Counted from the first letter of the stretch, positions 35,047-43,296 are shown. The stretch is DNA of 45,208 nt from a virus (IMGVR_UViG_3300037515_000413:1-45208); one strand, 5' to 3'. Notes: generated by a model from the letters alone, not told the origin. Made by a program: numbers and translations.

Positions 35047-35669
35047 GGGGTGCCGTTCCTTTCCAGCCACGTCAGCGCGACCGCGAGAGCTTGCCAGCAG
35101 TCGCCAGCCATGCCGTGCAGTGGCCCCGGCGACACTCGCCAGCCCGACCCTTTCGTGACCCATGTGTGGCCGTCCGTCCCCGGCCATTCGTGCTCAAACA
35201 CCTCAACCTCGTCGTGGCAATCAGCACAGGGTGTCCGTTCTCGGCCACGCCAGCCCTTGCCCTTGCAACGCTGGCACCGGACGCCGCCGATGGCAGCCTC
35301 GCCGCCGTAGTGGTCTATCACCCGCTGGCGGATGACCGCGTCGTTCACGCCGCGCATCGTCCCGCAGAGGGTGAGCTTCACGTCCTTCCGGGGGATGCAC
35401 CTGTAGGGGCCGCCCCACGCCTCTATCAAGCGCCCCGTCTCAATCAGGGTGATGGCAATGTCCTTCGCAAACCCCATGCCGTAGGACTCGATTGTCTCTA
35501 TCGCCAGCACGTCCTCTGGCGTCTCGCCAAGCCAGCCGTACCACGTGTCACCTGACAGCATGGCGCGGAGCACGTCATTGCGCACCTTGTCGAACTTCAC
35601 CGGGCAGCCGTCGCGGAGGAACACGTACGCGCTCTCCGACGATCCGGGGTCAACAGCAAGCACATTCAT
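35043..35669 (-). CDS. RuvC-like Holliday junction resolvase with a zinc-finger insertion
   Basis: VLAVDPG, LAIE, GRLIE, R.DVK..LCG and D.WQALAVA; insert CQRCKGKG..CADC. Confidence 0.8.
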   Translation of the reverse strand: MNVLAVDPGSSESAYVFLRDGCPVKFDKVRNDVLRAMLSGDTWYGWLGETPEDVLAIETIESYGMGFAKDIAITLIETGRLIEAWGGPYRCIPRKDVKLTLCGTMRGVNDAVIRQRVIDHYGGEAAIGGVRCQRCKGKGWRGRERTPCADCHDEVEVFEHEWPGTDGHTWVTKGSGWRVSPGPLHGMAGDCWQALAVALTWLERNGTP

Positions 35670-35875
35670 GGCACATCCTCACGCGGCGCGCCGGGTTGCA
35701 CTGCGCCGCTCTCACGCTGCGCCTTCATGGCGACCAGGTAGAAAAGCAAGTCGGCAGCCTCCTCTATCGCCTGGTCAAGCGGGTCGCCAACGAACTCCGG
35801 CCCGTAGGCGCGGCCCACCTCCTGCCGCGCGTCCAGCAGGGTGCGCACCTTCGTCCAAAGCTCTTCGTTGTTCAT
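35666..35875 (-). CDS. Small MazG-like (all-alpha NTP-PPase-like) protein
   Basis: AIEEAADLLFYL. Confidence 0.55.
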   Translation of the reverse strand: MNNEELWTKVRTLLDARQEVGRAYGPEFVGDPLDQAIEEAADLLFYLVAMKAQRESGAVQPGAPREDVP

Positions 35876-36414
35876 AGCCCCACCAATCCGGGTTGCGTGG
35901 CGCGCAGCCGCTTTTCGCTCATGGCGACGTACTCAGGCGAGAGTTCGATGCCCACGTAGCTGCGGCCCAGCTCCATGCACGCGACGCCGGTGCTAGCCGC
36001 GCCGCTGAATGGATCCAAAATGGTCGCCGGGACGGGCTCGGCGCCGTGGGCGCACGTGGCACGCCAGCCGAGGGTGTGTGAAACGCTTCCGCCCATGCAC
36101 CCCGCTGAACCGTACAGTTCGGGGTGCATGTTGTAGGGGCCGCCAACACCACGTCCTTTCCGATCGGCGTAGTTGCCCCCGTTCGTTTCAACGATGCGCG
36201 CCCACTGGCTGCCGCACACCGGGCAGACGCCGCGCTCGCTGGTGCTGGCGCGGACCATCGGCTTCACCAGCGAGACGGGGTAAGTCGCGAAGTGACTTTC
36301 GGAAAACGCCTGAGTTCCAACTTCCCAAACGCTCCGTATATCGTCGTTCGGGACAGGCTCGAAGTATCCCGCCAAATCGGGCGGCACTTCGGACGCGCGC
36401 ATTACGATTTGCAT
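35872..36414 (-). CDS. DNA methyltransferase, C-terminal (SAM-binding) half
   Basis: RSVW, HFATYP, ILDPFSGAASTG and GIELSPEY; own RBS GGAG and ATG. Confidence 0.88.
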   Translation of the reverse strand: MQIVMRASEVPPDLAGYFEPVPNDDIRSVWEVGTQAFSESHFATYPVSLVKPMVRASTSERGVCPVCGSQWARIVETNGGNYADRKGRGVGGPYNMHPELYGSAGCMGGSVSHTLGWRATCAHGAEPVPATILDPFSGAASTGVACMELGRSYVGIELSPEYVAMSEKRLRATQPGLVGL

Positions 36415-36437
36415 TTATCCGTTCTCCCATACTGCGC

Positions 36438-36443
36438 TATAAT
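36438..36443 (+). promoter_or_regulatory. -10 box for a probably leaderless HNH transcript
   Basis: TATAAT 5 nt before ATG 36449; no SD. Confidence 0.55.
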
Positions 36444-36448
36444 TAGAC

Positions 36449-37090
36449 ATGGGCGTTCCGAAGGGTCTGTTTGCTGGCGAAAAGAATCCCGCATGGCGCG
36501 GTGGTCACAGGGGATATCGCGGCCCCAATTGGAAATCTCAGAGGCTCTTGGCACTGCATCGCGACGGGCATAAATGCCTTGCGTGCGGTTCGGTCAAGCA
36601 GCTTACAGTCAATCACATCATCCCGTTCCGTCTTTTCGCCTCTCACGTTGAAGCTAACGATCTGGCGAACCTCGCGACGTTGTGCCGCCCATGTCACAGC
36701 ACAACCGATAACGATTTCTGGCGGCGCAACCCTCTTTTCTTTGCCGTGCCACGATGGCCGGATTGCCGCCTGATTCGCAAATGCCGCCGGTGCAGCAAAC
36801 CGTTCCAAGCCCTCCCGCACAACTTCATCTGTACCCCATGCGTAACGTTTGAGTGTGCCCGGTGTGGAGAGAGATTCATTCGACGCCGGCTCCGTGCAGA
36901 GAAATACTGTTCGCGGGATTGCCGAAACAGCGCGGTGCGTTCCCTTGCGAGAATGTGCCCGCTCTGCGGAGGGCGGAAACGTCAGTCTGCGGTTCGCTGT
37001 CATGCTTGTTACCTCAAAGACCCCGCCGCCGAAGTTCGTCCAGGACGTAGGCCCGGTCGGAAGGCGAAAGATCGCTCCGCAGCCGCATGA
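36449..37090 (+). CDS. HNH homing endonuclease with zinc ribbons, antisense to the operon
   Basis: NPAWRGG, RDGHKCLACG..L.VNHI.P...NDLANLATLCRPCH, CxxC and YCSRDC. Confidence 0.9.
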   Translation: MGVPKGLFAGEKNPAWRGGHRGYRGPNWKSQRLLALHRDGHKCLACGSVKQLTVNHIIPFRLFASHVEANDLANLATLCRPCHSTTDNDFWRRNPLFFAVPRWPDCRLIRKCRRCSKPFQALPHNFICTPCVTFECARCGERFIRRRLRAEKYCSRDCRNSAVRSLARMCPLCGGRKRQSAVRCHACYLKDPAAEVRPGRRPGRKAKDRSAAA

Positions 37091-38024
37091 GCGGTTCGGG
37101 CACTTGCCACACGCTGCGCAGGTTGCGGGTGCCGCCGTCGCCGCCTGTTACCGTGGCATGGCCGCGGGAGCCGTTGACGCCGATGCCCGCCATATTCCCG
37201 CTAACTGACGACCACTCTCGCCGCCCGAACTCCGCACTCTCCGCCACCGCCTCCCGGTCCGCGTAGTACCCCATCGCCTTCACGAACATAAACACGTACT
37301 CATGCGAGTCCGTGGTGCGCCAGCTACCGCGCCGGAGCACCAGGCCATCGTTGGGCGCGCAGCGCGGGCAGCCGGGGCAGTCGGCCCAGCCTGCTAGTGT
37401 TTGTTTGCCACGGTTTTCACTGTGGTTGCTTTCATGGTCGGCAATGTGGTCGAGATAACGGCCTGAACGCATCCCGCCAACGGTGGCCGGAGACACGCGC
37501 TCCCCTGTCTTCACCCGGCACCGCTCCCACCGCGTGCCGTTCAGGCTCTCCGGCATGACAGCCCCGACCCACGGCCCGAAGCTGCCGCCCTTGGCCCAGA
37601 TGATCGTGTCCCGCAGTACCCACCCATCGGCCTGCATCGCCAGTGCGAACCTGTGCGGCACGAGTAGCTGGTTCCCGGCGGTGTAGCCCGGTGGCATGTG
37701 CCAGTCAATGCGATTAGGTGTGGCGTTTTGTGGGCCAGCCAGTTTGGAGGATGGAGGACCGCCAGACGCCGGATTGCTCGCATAGCTGTCCCCGTAGTTG
37801 ACCCAGAGAACACCGTCGTCACGCAGCACCCGCCGTAGCTCCCTGAACACGCTCACCATGTTCTCCACGTGCGCCTCAACCGACTCTTCAAGGCCAAGCT
37901 GTCCCGCCGTGCCGTAGTCCCTGACGCCGAAGTACGGCGGGCTGGTGACGGCCGCGTGGACGCTCTGCGGCTCCATGCTCCGCAGCACCTCCCTGGCGTC
38001 TCCCTGCTCCACGCGCCACGTCAC
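37014..38024 (-). CDS. DNA methyltransferase (N4C-type, SPPY), N-terminal catalytic half
   Basis: GDA, VTSPPYFG.RDY, RVLRDDG, IIWAK, MPES, HEYVF and RNLRSVW; lacks motif I; GTGA start. Confidence 0.9.
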   Translation of the reverse strand: MTWRVEQGDAREVLRSMEPQSVHAAVTSPPYFGVRDYGTAGQLGLEESVEAHVENMVSVFRELRRVLRDDGVLWVNYGDSYASNPASGGPPSSKLAGPQNATPNRIDWHMPPGYTAGNQLLVPHRFALAMQADGWVLRDTIIWAKGGSFGPWVGAVMPESLNGTRWERCRVKTGERVSPATVGGMRSGRYLDHIADHESNHSENRGKQTLAGWADCPGCPRCAPNDGLVLRRGSWRTTDSHEYVFMFVKAMGYYADREAVAESAEFGRREWSSVSGNMAGIGVNGSRGHATVTGGDGGTRNLRSVWQVPEPLMRLRSDLSPSDRAYVLDELRRRGL

Positions 38025-38124
38025 GCTAGCTGCCCCCTGTGGCCCTCTGCGCCCATGCGCGGCGCTCGCGTGGCGTGCGGGCCGTCGCGCCCCGCCGCGG
38101 GGGCTGTGGCGGCCACCAGCGCCC

Positions 38125-38259
38125 TCACGCCGCCCTCCATGCCGTGCAGCGGCAGCCGCGGACCATGCAGCCTTGCTCGCTCCACTGCCCGCTGGCCGCG
38201 CGGTGCGAGCCGCGACGGTGCTGGCAGTTCGCGCATGGGGAGTCAAAGTACGTGGTCAT
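38125..38259 (-). CDS. Small Cys/His-rich peptide
   Basis: CANC.H...H..C....C.C; ATGA overlap; translated by hand. Confidence 0.55.
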   Translation of the reverse strand: MTTYFDSPCANCQHRRGSHRAASGQWSEQGCMVRGCRCTAWRAA

Positions 38260-38711
38260 GCTGGCGTCTCCACAAGCTCACGTGGCACGTTGAACAGGCC
38301 GAGCGCTCCCTTGAATGGCACTGGAACAATCAGGCGCTCGGGTTTTGTCAGCAGCCATGCCCATCTGCCGGGTGTGTAATCGCCAAACGACAGTTCCGGC
38401 TCATCAACGCTAACGACCGTCCCGAACCCGGCGTCGAGTCCGCCCTCCACGATGCGCTGATAGCCTGCCACCCGCGTTATGGCAATCACAGCGCCCCGTG
38501 GCAGGTCTCCGGGCGTCCGGACGCCTGCCGCCGCCAGAGCGCTCTTGAACGGCTCCGTGAGACAGAGTCCGATGGCGGACCGCGGAAAGCCCTTCGCTGC
38601 ATGGATGGCGAGCGGCCCCATGTAGTCTGACCGCCAACTGCGCGTCTCGATTCGCTTTGCCCAGAAGGCAACGAGCGTCGCCCACGGTTGAGTAAGAGAT
38701 ACCGCCTTCAC
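38256..38711 (-). CDS. ASCH domain protein
   Basis: KAVSLTQPWATL...KRIETRSW..G.LAIHA, FGDY.PGR.AW and KG.LGLF. Confidence 0.9.
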   Translation of the reverse strand: MKAVSLTQPWATLVAFWAKRIETRSWRSDYMGPLAIHAAKGFPRSAIGLCLTEPFKSALAAAGVRTPGDLPRGAVIAITRVAGYQRIVEGGLDAGFGTVVSVDEPELSFGDYTPGRWAWLLTKPERLIVPVPFKGALGLFNVPRELVETPA

Positions 38712-38911
38712 CGCGTCACCTCCGCGGCCGGGGCGGGCGCGTAGGCCATGCAGCGGCACGTGTAGGCCCACGGGTTGTCGCGGTCGTCGCCGGGGTCCCG
38801 CTCCACAAGGCACACGCTCCAGTAGCCCTCCATGCGCGGCTTGCGGCCCCAGCTCACGTCCACCTCGTTCCACAAGTGCTGCTCACGGTCGTGACCGCAT
38901 TCACACATCAC
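38708..38911 (-). CDS. Small Cys-rich protein
   Basis: CECGH...H..C..CRC; RBS GGAGG. Confidence 0.65.
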   Translation of the reverse strand: MMCECGHDREQHLWNEVDVSWGRKPRMEGYWSVCLVERDPGDDRDNPWAYTCRCMAYAPAPAAEVTR

Positions 38912-39010
38912 GTCACCTCCATGCCAAACCCGGCTGCCGTTGCGAACACGTTCGTAAAGCGCCAGGACAGTTTTGCGCCGTGCTTCCGCGCACGCGCGTG
39001 TGCGCGAGGC

Positions 39011-40531
39011 TCACCGCGCGCCTCCATGCTCCGCCTCGATGGCGCGGGCGGCGTCCTCGTCCTCGGATGTCCACTCGCTGTCCTTGTAGGGCATCCGGGC
39101 GGGTTCTTTCTTTTCTTCTTTGCCCTTACTCGCCGGGGGGTTAGTAGCGGACAGAACCTCCCCCCCGAAGGGGGGTTCTTGTCCGTTACCCCCCGAACCG
39201 GACAGTACGCGGACACTACCGGACATGTCCGATAGACCCCATTCAGCATCCCGGCTCCCTCCAAAGCGTCTGACGCGGCTGGCGTTGTTCCGGCCAACCT
39301 CCCGGCGCAGGGCTTTCTGTATTGAGTCGTACCCAGTCCGTCCGGGCATCGCCAGTTCTTCCTGCAACCCTGCGATGGTCAGCTTCCCGTGCTTTAGCTC
39401 GGCCAGCACGCGGTCAAGCACGCTCGCGCTCTCGGCGATGCCAACCGTGGTGTGTGGATCCGCGGGGTAGTACCGGATGGAGTCAGCCACAGGCGAAGGG
39501 CTGTACTCGACACGCAGGCCAATGTCTCTATGGCGGCGGTCATTGTTGGACTTGCGGTTGAACAGGCCGAGCAGACTCTCAGATGAGTCCATCTCCTGGC
39601 TCTTGGTCATCTCCCAGATGGCACGCGGTCCGGCGGTGAATAACTGCGACCCGAAGACGCTACGCTTCTCCTTGTCCTTTGGCGGGTGGGCCACTGCGAA
39701 CGTGGTCGTCTCAGTGCCAAGCGCACGGACCGCGCCGTTCAACGTCTGTCCGACCGTGTTGTCGTTCAGATCACCGCCAGCGGCCAGTGAGATCGAATCT
39801 ATGAGCACAAGGCCAAAATCAAGGTTGGCAGTCCACTGGATCACGTCCTGAATGCAGTCCGGCAGCGGCGCCGTCATGGGCAGGTAGTAGATGTTGCCGG
39901 GCATCTCGACACCCGCGCCTTTGCAGATCATCCCCAGCCTGCGCCGGTGAGTGCGTTCGTTGGACTCCCAGTCCAGGTAGACAGTCCCGCATGGCCCTTC
40001 GATGGTGACTCCGGGGATGACGCTCCGGCCGATGGCGCAGCTCACCGCAAGGGCAAGGGCGAGCATGGACTTCCCGGTGTCCGGGTCGGCAAAGATGACT
40101 GAAAACTCCCGGTCTTCAAGCACAGGCCGGGCGCGCCACACGATCTCGCCAGGGTCTTCAACATCCCGCAGCACAATCGGCGGGCGTAAACGTGAGTGAT
40201 AGTCGGCCACCGCGATCATCAACTGCTGAATGCGGGAGTGCCAGCCAATGCTTGTCTCGGCGTCGAGCGTCCGGCGGAGCGCGGTCTTGGCCGAGTCCGA
40301 TACCGTGTTTATCCGCTGTGGGGCCAGCAGCCATTCCCACGGTTCAGATTCGGCAATCCGTCTCTGGAAGTAATAGATCACGTGCAAGCCGTCTTTCCGT
40401 CTTTCGGCGCGCTCCACGACAGCCCGGTACTGGGAGCGCGGGTCGTCCCACAGGACTTCAAGGTGTCCCGCACGGTTCGTTGAGACGTGCGGGACTATTC
40501 CGTCAGGCTCGGTTCCGTTACGTGACGGCAA
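39011..40531 (-). CDS. AAA_25/RepA-type replicative helicase with a C-terminal winged-helix-like region
   Basis: Walker A ADPDTGKS, YLDWE, Walker B VLIDS, VAH..K, FGS and KSN. Confidence 0.85.
   Translation of the reverse strand: MPSRNGTEPDGIVPHVSTNRAGHLEVLWDDPRSQYRAVVERAERRKDGLHVIYYFQRRIAESEPWEWLLAPQRINTVSDSAKTALRRTLDAETSIGWHSRIQQLMIAVADYHSRLRPPIVLRDVEDPGEIVWRARPVLEDREFSVIFADPDTGKSMLALALAVSCAIGRSVIPGVTIEGPCGTVYLDWESNERTHRRRLGMICKGAGVEMPGNIYYLPMTAPLPDCIQDVIQWTANLDFGLVLIDSISLAAGGDLNDNTVGQTLNGAVRALGTETTTFAVAHPPKDKEKRSVFGSQLFTAGPRAIWEMTKSQEMDSSESLLGLFNRKSNNDRRHRDIGLRVEYSPSPVADSIRYYPADPHTTVGIAESASVLDRVLAELKHGKLTIAGLQEELAMPGRTGYDSIQKALRREVGRNNASRVRRFGGSRDAEWGLSDMSGSVRVLSGSGGNGQEPPFGGEVLSATNPPASKGKEEKKEPARMPYKDSEWTSEDEDAARAIEAEHGGAR
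39103..39231. repeat. Candidate replication origin (CGGACA iterons plus T-rich tract)
   Basis: CGGACA at 39148, 39199, 39210 and 39220; inverted at 39180 and 39226. Confidence 0.55.
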
Positions 40532-41075
40532 CCCCTCTCCCCCTCGCTACCTTCCATAGGTCGTACGCGTCACCTGATTGCTGACACTGGCCCCAGCACT
40601 TCCACCGTTGCTCCGCCACCCGGACGTGGAACGACTGCCCCTTGCGTTCGTTGTGCAGCGGACATGGAGATGTCAATTCGTTACCACTGCCCCTGAGCCG
40701 TGCGCCCAGCCGTTCCGCCAGGTCCTCAACCCTCCAGGCCGCCTTGACGCGTTCGATGGGAGAGTGCGAGTCGTAGTCCGGCGGCGGGGCGGGCGGTGCG
40801 AAGCTGGGCCAGAACTCCGGCTGCGGGTCTCCGGGCATGGGCGGGCATAGCTGGCCCGGAAACACCGCCTCATTCAGCCGGAGCCACTGGCAGCGCGCCG
40901 TGGCGAGCGATGGGACTTCATGATGGTGCGGCTCAAATGCGTAGAGTTGCATCCACCTCACGCGGTCATCCCACGGCAGCCGGATGGCCGCGTGCGTGCA
41001 GGCAGGACACACAGCCTCGGCCAGCGTGTAGCCGGGGTCGCGCCATAGCACCTGTTCAAGCCCCCTTGCGCTCAC
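40518..41075 (-). CDS. CHC2 zinc-finger (primase zinc-binding domain) protein
   Basis: CPLHNE...SFHV...WKCWGQCQQSGD. Confidence 0.85.
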   Translation of the reverse strand: MSARGLEQVLWRDPGYTLAEAVCPACTHAAIRLPWDDRVRWMQLYAFEPHHHEVPSLATARCQWLRLNEAVFPGQLCPPMPGDPQPEFWPSFAPPAPPPDYDSHSPIERVKAAWRVEDLAERLGARLRGSGNELTSPCPLHNERKGQSFHVRVAEQRWKCWGQCQQSGDAYDLWKVARGRGVAVT

Positions 41076-41105
41076 CGTCTCCCCCTCTCAGCGGCTCCCG
41101 CCGCG

Positions 41106-41270
41106 CTACTCAGGAGCGAAGCCGCCCACAAGCTTCTCGAACTGCGCGGATATGTGCGCCCGCCTGAGCCTGTCGCAGCGCAGGCACCAGTAAGGCGTCC
41201 ATGCTGTTCCGGCGTCGTTGCCGCACTTCCCCTCAAACTCACCGAAGCCGATGCATTTCCGTGTCGTCAT
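41106..41270 (-). CDS. Small Cys-rich protein (54 aa)
   Basis: MTTRKCIGFGEFEGKC..WCLRC; RBS GAGGTG; translated by hand. Confidence 0.65.
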   Translation of the reverse strand: MTTRKCIGFGEFEGKCGNDAGTAWTPYWCLRCDRLRRAHISAQFEKLVGGFAPE

Positions 41271-41292
41271 CTCACCTCTCCCTTGCTTACCA

Positions 41293-41333
41293 GGCGGCGG
41301 TGACAGGCTGCCGGTTGCCTGCCACCAGCCGCC
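41293..41333 (-). other. Long GC-rich hairpin
   Basis: About 16-bp stem with one bulge, upstream of the 41270 RBS. Confidence 0.6.
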
Positions 41334-41429
41334 CTCTGCGCGTGGCCCACGGCCTTGGTGGCTCCGCCAATTGGCCGCCTAACACCTCACCGTGTTTGTC
41401 CACTCTTCCAGCGCATGAACATCGGCGGG

Positions 41430-41547
41430 TGCTGGCGGGCCGGAATCGAACCGGCATCGCCTGTGCTGGGGATTGCAAGCCCCCACTCGCAGGCAGGTAG
41501 TCCGCTGGTACTGTGGCCGCAGCCCAGACGCTCACCACGCCGCCAGC
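41430..41547 (-). ncRNA. Enlarged tRNA-like RNA (TGC-centred loop)
   Basis: Acceptor GCTGGCGG/CCGCCAGC; T-arm GCCGG-TTCGATT-CCGGC; 7-nt loop CTTGCAA; oversized D and anticodon arms. Confidence 0.7.
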
Positions 41548-41580
41548 TCCCGCCCTGCGCCCGCAGGCGCAGCAGATACG

Positions 41581-41808
41581 CTAGGCGCGCTCCGGCCAGT
41601 GCCATGTCGGATTACGTACAACTGGCACACCGAACGCGACGCTTGTCTTCACACCCCCTTGCTCCTGAAGGCCATCCGGGAAAACGAACAAGTTCGCCAT
41701 CCCATCCACCGTGTCCCATATCTGCACGATTACCGCAGCCCGACACGTGTTTTGCGCGCCGTCGCCGCCGTCGTAATGCACAATGCGCCCCGTCACAAGA
41801 CCGTCCAT
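41581..41808 (-). CDS. Conserved small phage protein
   Basis: GRIVHY...AAVI....NLFVF.DG...WHWPER; RBS GGGAGG. Confidence 0.8.
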   Translation of the reverse strand: MDGLVTGRIVHYDGGDGAQNTCRAAVIVQIWDTVDGMANLFVFPDGLQEQGGVKTSVAFGVPVVRNPTWHWPERA

Positions 41809-41821
41809 ATCAACCTCCCTT

Positions 41822-41868
41822 GCCCCCTGATAGATACCCTGCGGCGGCAGGGGGCCACCGCCGCAGGG
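41822..41868 (-). promoter_or_regulatory. H-type RNA pseudoknot next to an RBS
   Basis: 11-bp stem 1; 8 loop nucleotides complementary to 41822-41829. Confidence 0.55.
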
Positions 41869-41899
41869 GTGCGAGCGCCGCTGCTGGGCGGCGCGGGGG

Positions 41900-42886
41900 T
41901 TAGCCGTCTGTCACGTCCGCCACGTCCTCATCCTCTGGGTGCAGCGCCAGCCGGTGCGTGTCCGCCGCGGCCTGCACGGCCTCCCAGTCGTCATCGGTGC
42001 GCTTGCTGATGGGCCTCGCCGCCACTTCGGGCAGTTCCGCCTTCAACCACTCGCTGGCGTCATGGGCCGAGAACTCCGGGAAGGCTGCCCTCATGGCGTC
42101 CAGCGCAGCCCGTCCGGCCTCAGAGAGCGTGGACGTGTGGGCACGCACCGGCGGGTCTTGCTGCGCGTCGGCTATGCGGTCCTCAACGTCTGACTTGTTG
42201 CACCACTTCCTGGCGTTGCCCACGGGCTTGTGCGCCGGTTCCTTCATCCTTTCGCTCTTGAACCACGGGACGTTGTGAACCGGGCAGATGCCGTGGCCCT
42301 GGTCCGCGTCGCTGTCCGCGGTCACAAGGTCGTCATCCATCGAGAATGTCGCCGACGCTGCGGCTGAGGCTTTCACCGCCGATACGTAGGCGCGCTTCTG
42401 CGCCATCTGCATCAACGTCTCACGGAGTTCCGCGGCCGGCCGTCCGGCCTTTTGGGAGCCGTCCCGGTAGGTCCTGGGTTCCTGCGACGACTTGTACTTG
42501 ACCTCTTCGGACGAGCACGTCGCCTCACGTTCGGTAATCAGGACGCCGCGCTTGTCTCTCAGTTCGCACTTGTACGTGTAGGAGAAGATGCCCTCTTTCC
42601 AGTCTTCGTACTGGTCTGTGCGTGACATCGTGGTCTGGAAGCCGAACATCTGGCAGAGGGTTTCCGCGCCGGGTTGCCAGAGCGACGGCTTCTGAGTGCC
42701 GGGGATGGTGCCGTAGTGCTGTCCCTTGCGCAGCACTGTCCCCATCGCTTCCTGAATGAGCGAGACCTGCGCGTCAATCTCGGCGATGACGGCCCTGCGG
42801 GTCTCCGGCAGCGTCAGGTCGCGGCGCACGTCGGGCAGCGTCTCGATGACCTCTCCGGTCTGATGGTCAATCGTCTGGGTTGTCAT
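41900..42886 (-). CDS. Putative single-strand annealing/recombination protein
   Basis: HYGTIPGT.KPSLWQPGAE.L and MAQKRAYV.A motifs; early-region position. Confidence 0.6.
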   Translation of the reverse strand: MTTQTIDHQTGEVIETLPDVRRDLTLPETRRAVIAEIDAQVSLIQEAMGTVLRKGQHYGTIPGTQKPSLWQPGAETLCQMFGFQTTMSRTDQYEDWKEGIFSYTYKCELRDKRGVLITEREATCSSEEVKYKSSQEPRTYRDGSQKAGRPAAELRETLMQMAQKRAYVSAVKASAAASATFSMDDDLVTADSDADQGHGICPVHNVPWFKSERMKEPAHKPVGNARKWCNKSDVEDRIADAQQDPPVRAHTSTLSEAGRAALDAMRAAFPEFSAHDASEWLKAELPEVAARPISKRTDDDWEAVQAAADTHRLALHPEDEDVADVTDG

Positions 42887-43296
42887 TTCGCCTCCCGTGG
42901 CTTAACCGACAGCTTCTCCGCCCTTGGCAGCATGGCGCGGTCCAGCACGTCCGAGACCTCCGTGCCGAGCCTGCGCAGTTGCAGCGCGACCCTGCCGTCG
43001 ACGCGGGCCGGGACTGTCTTCGTGACCTCATGCTCCGGGACGATGAGGCGGGTCATTTCGTCCGGCGGCAGGAACTCCAGTCCGGCCTTCACCATGTCCA
43101 CGTCGTAGACCGGGGAGCCAACGAAGTCGCGGGCCACCTGGTAGCGGTCGTGGAGCAACTGCCGCGCGTCCATATAGCGCATGATGGCCAGCAGTTCCGC
43201 CTCAACCTGCGCTATCTCGTCAGCGACCGTTGTGCGCGCCTCATAGAGACCAGCGAGCCGGTCAACCAACTGGGTCGTGTCTGTTGCCGTCGTCAT
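42883..43296 (-). CDS. Hypothetical protein (coiled-coil N-terminus)
   Basis: ATGA overlaps; RBS GAGGTG. Confidence 0.7.
   Translation of the reverse strand: MTTATDTTQLVDRLAGLYEARTTVADEIAQVEAELLAIMRYMDARQLLHDRYQVARDFVGSPVYDVDMVKAGLEFLPPDEMTRLIVPEHEVTKTVPARVDGRVALQLRRLGTEVSDVLDRAMLPRAEKLSVKPREAK

Noticed and set aside
36415-37100. Group I intron or intein in the methyltransferase
   Set aside because: The HNH is antisense and fills the gap, leaving no evident ribozyme core; no intein C/S...HN ends; both halves have their own start and stop
38025-38246. N-terminal extension of the methyltransferase in the ORF track
   Set aside because: Low-complexity sequence overlapping better small ORFs; the real start is likely GTG 38024
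41430-41547. Canonical tRNA-Ala(TGC), or an attP-derived tRNA fragment
   Set aside because: The arms are too long, there is no G3:U70, and it is a self-contained fold far from the integrase; kept as tRNA-like only
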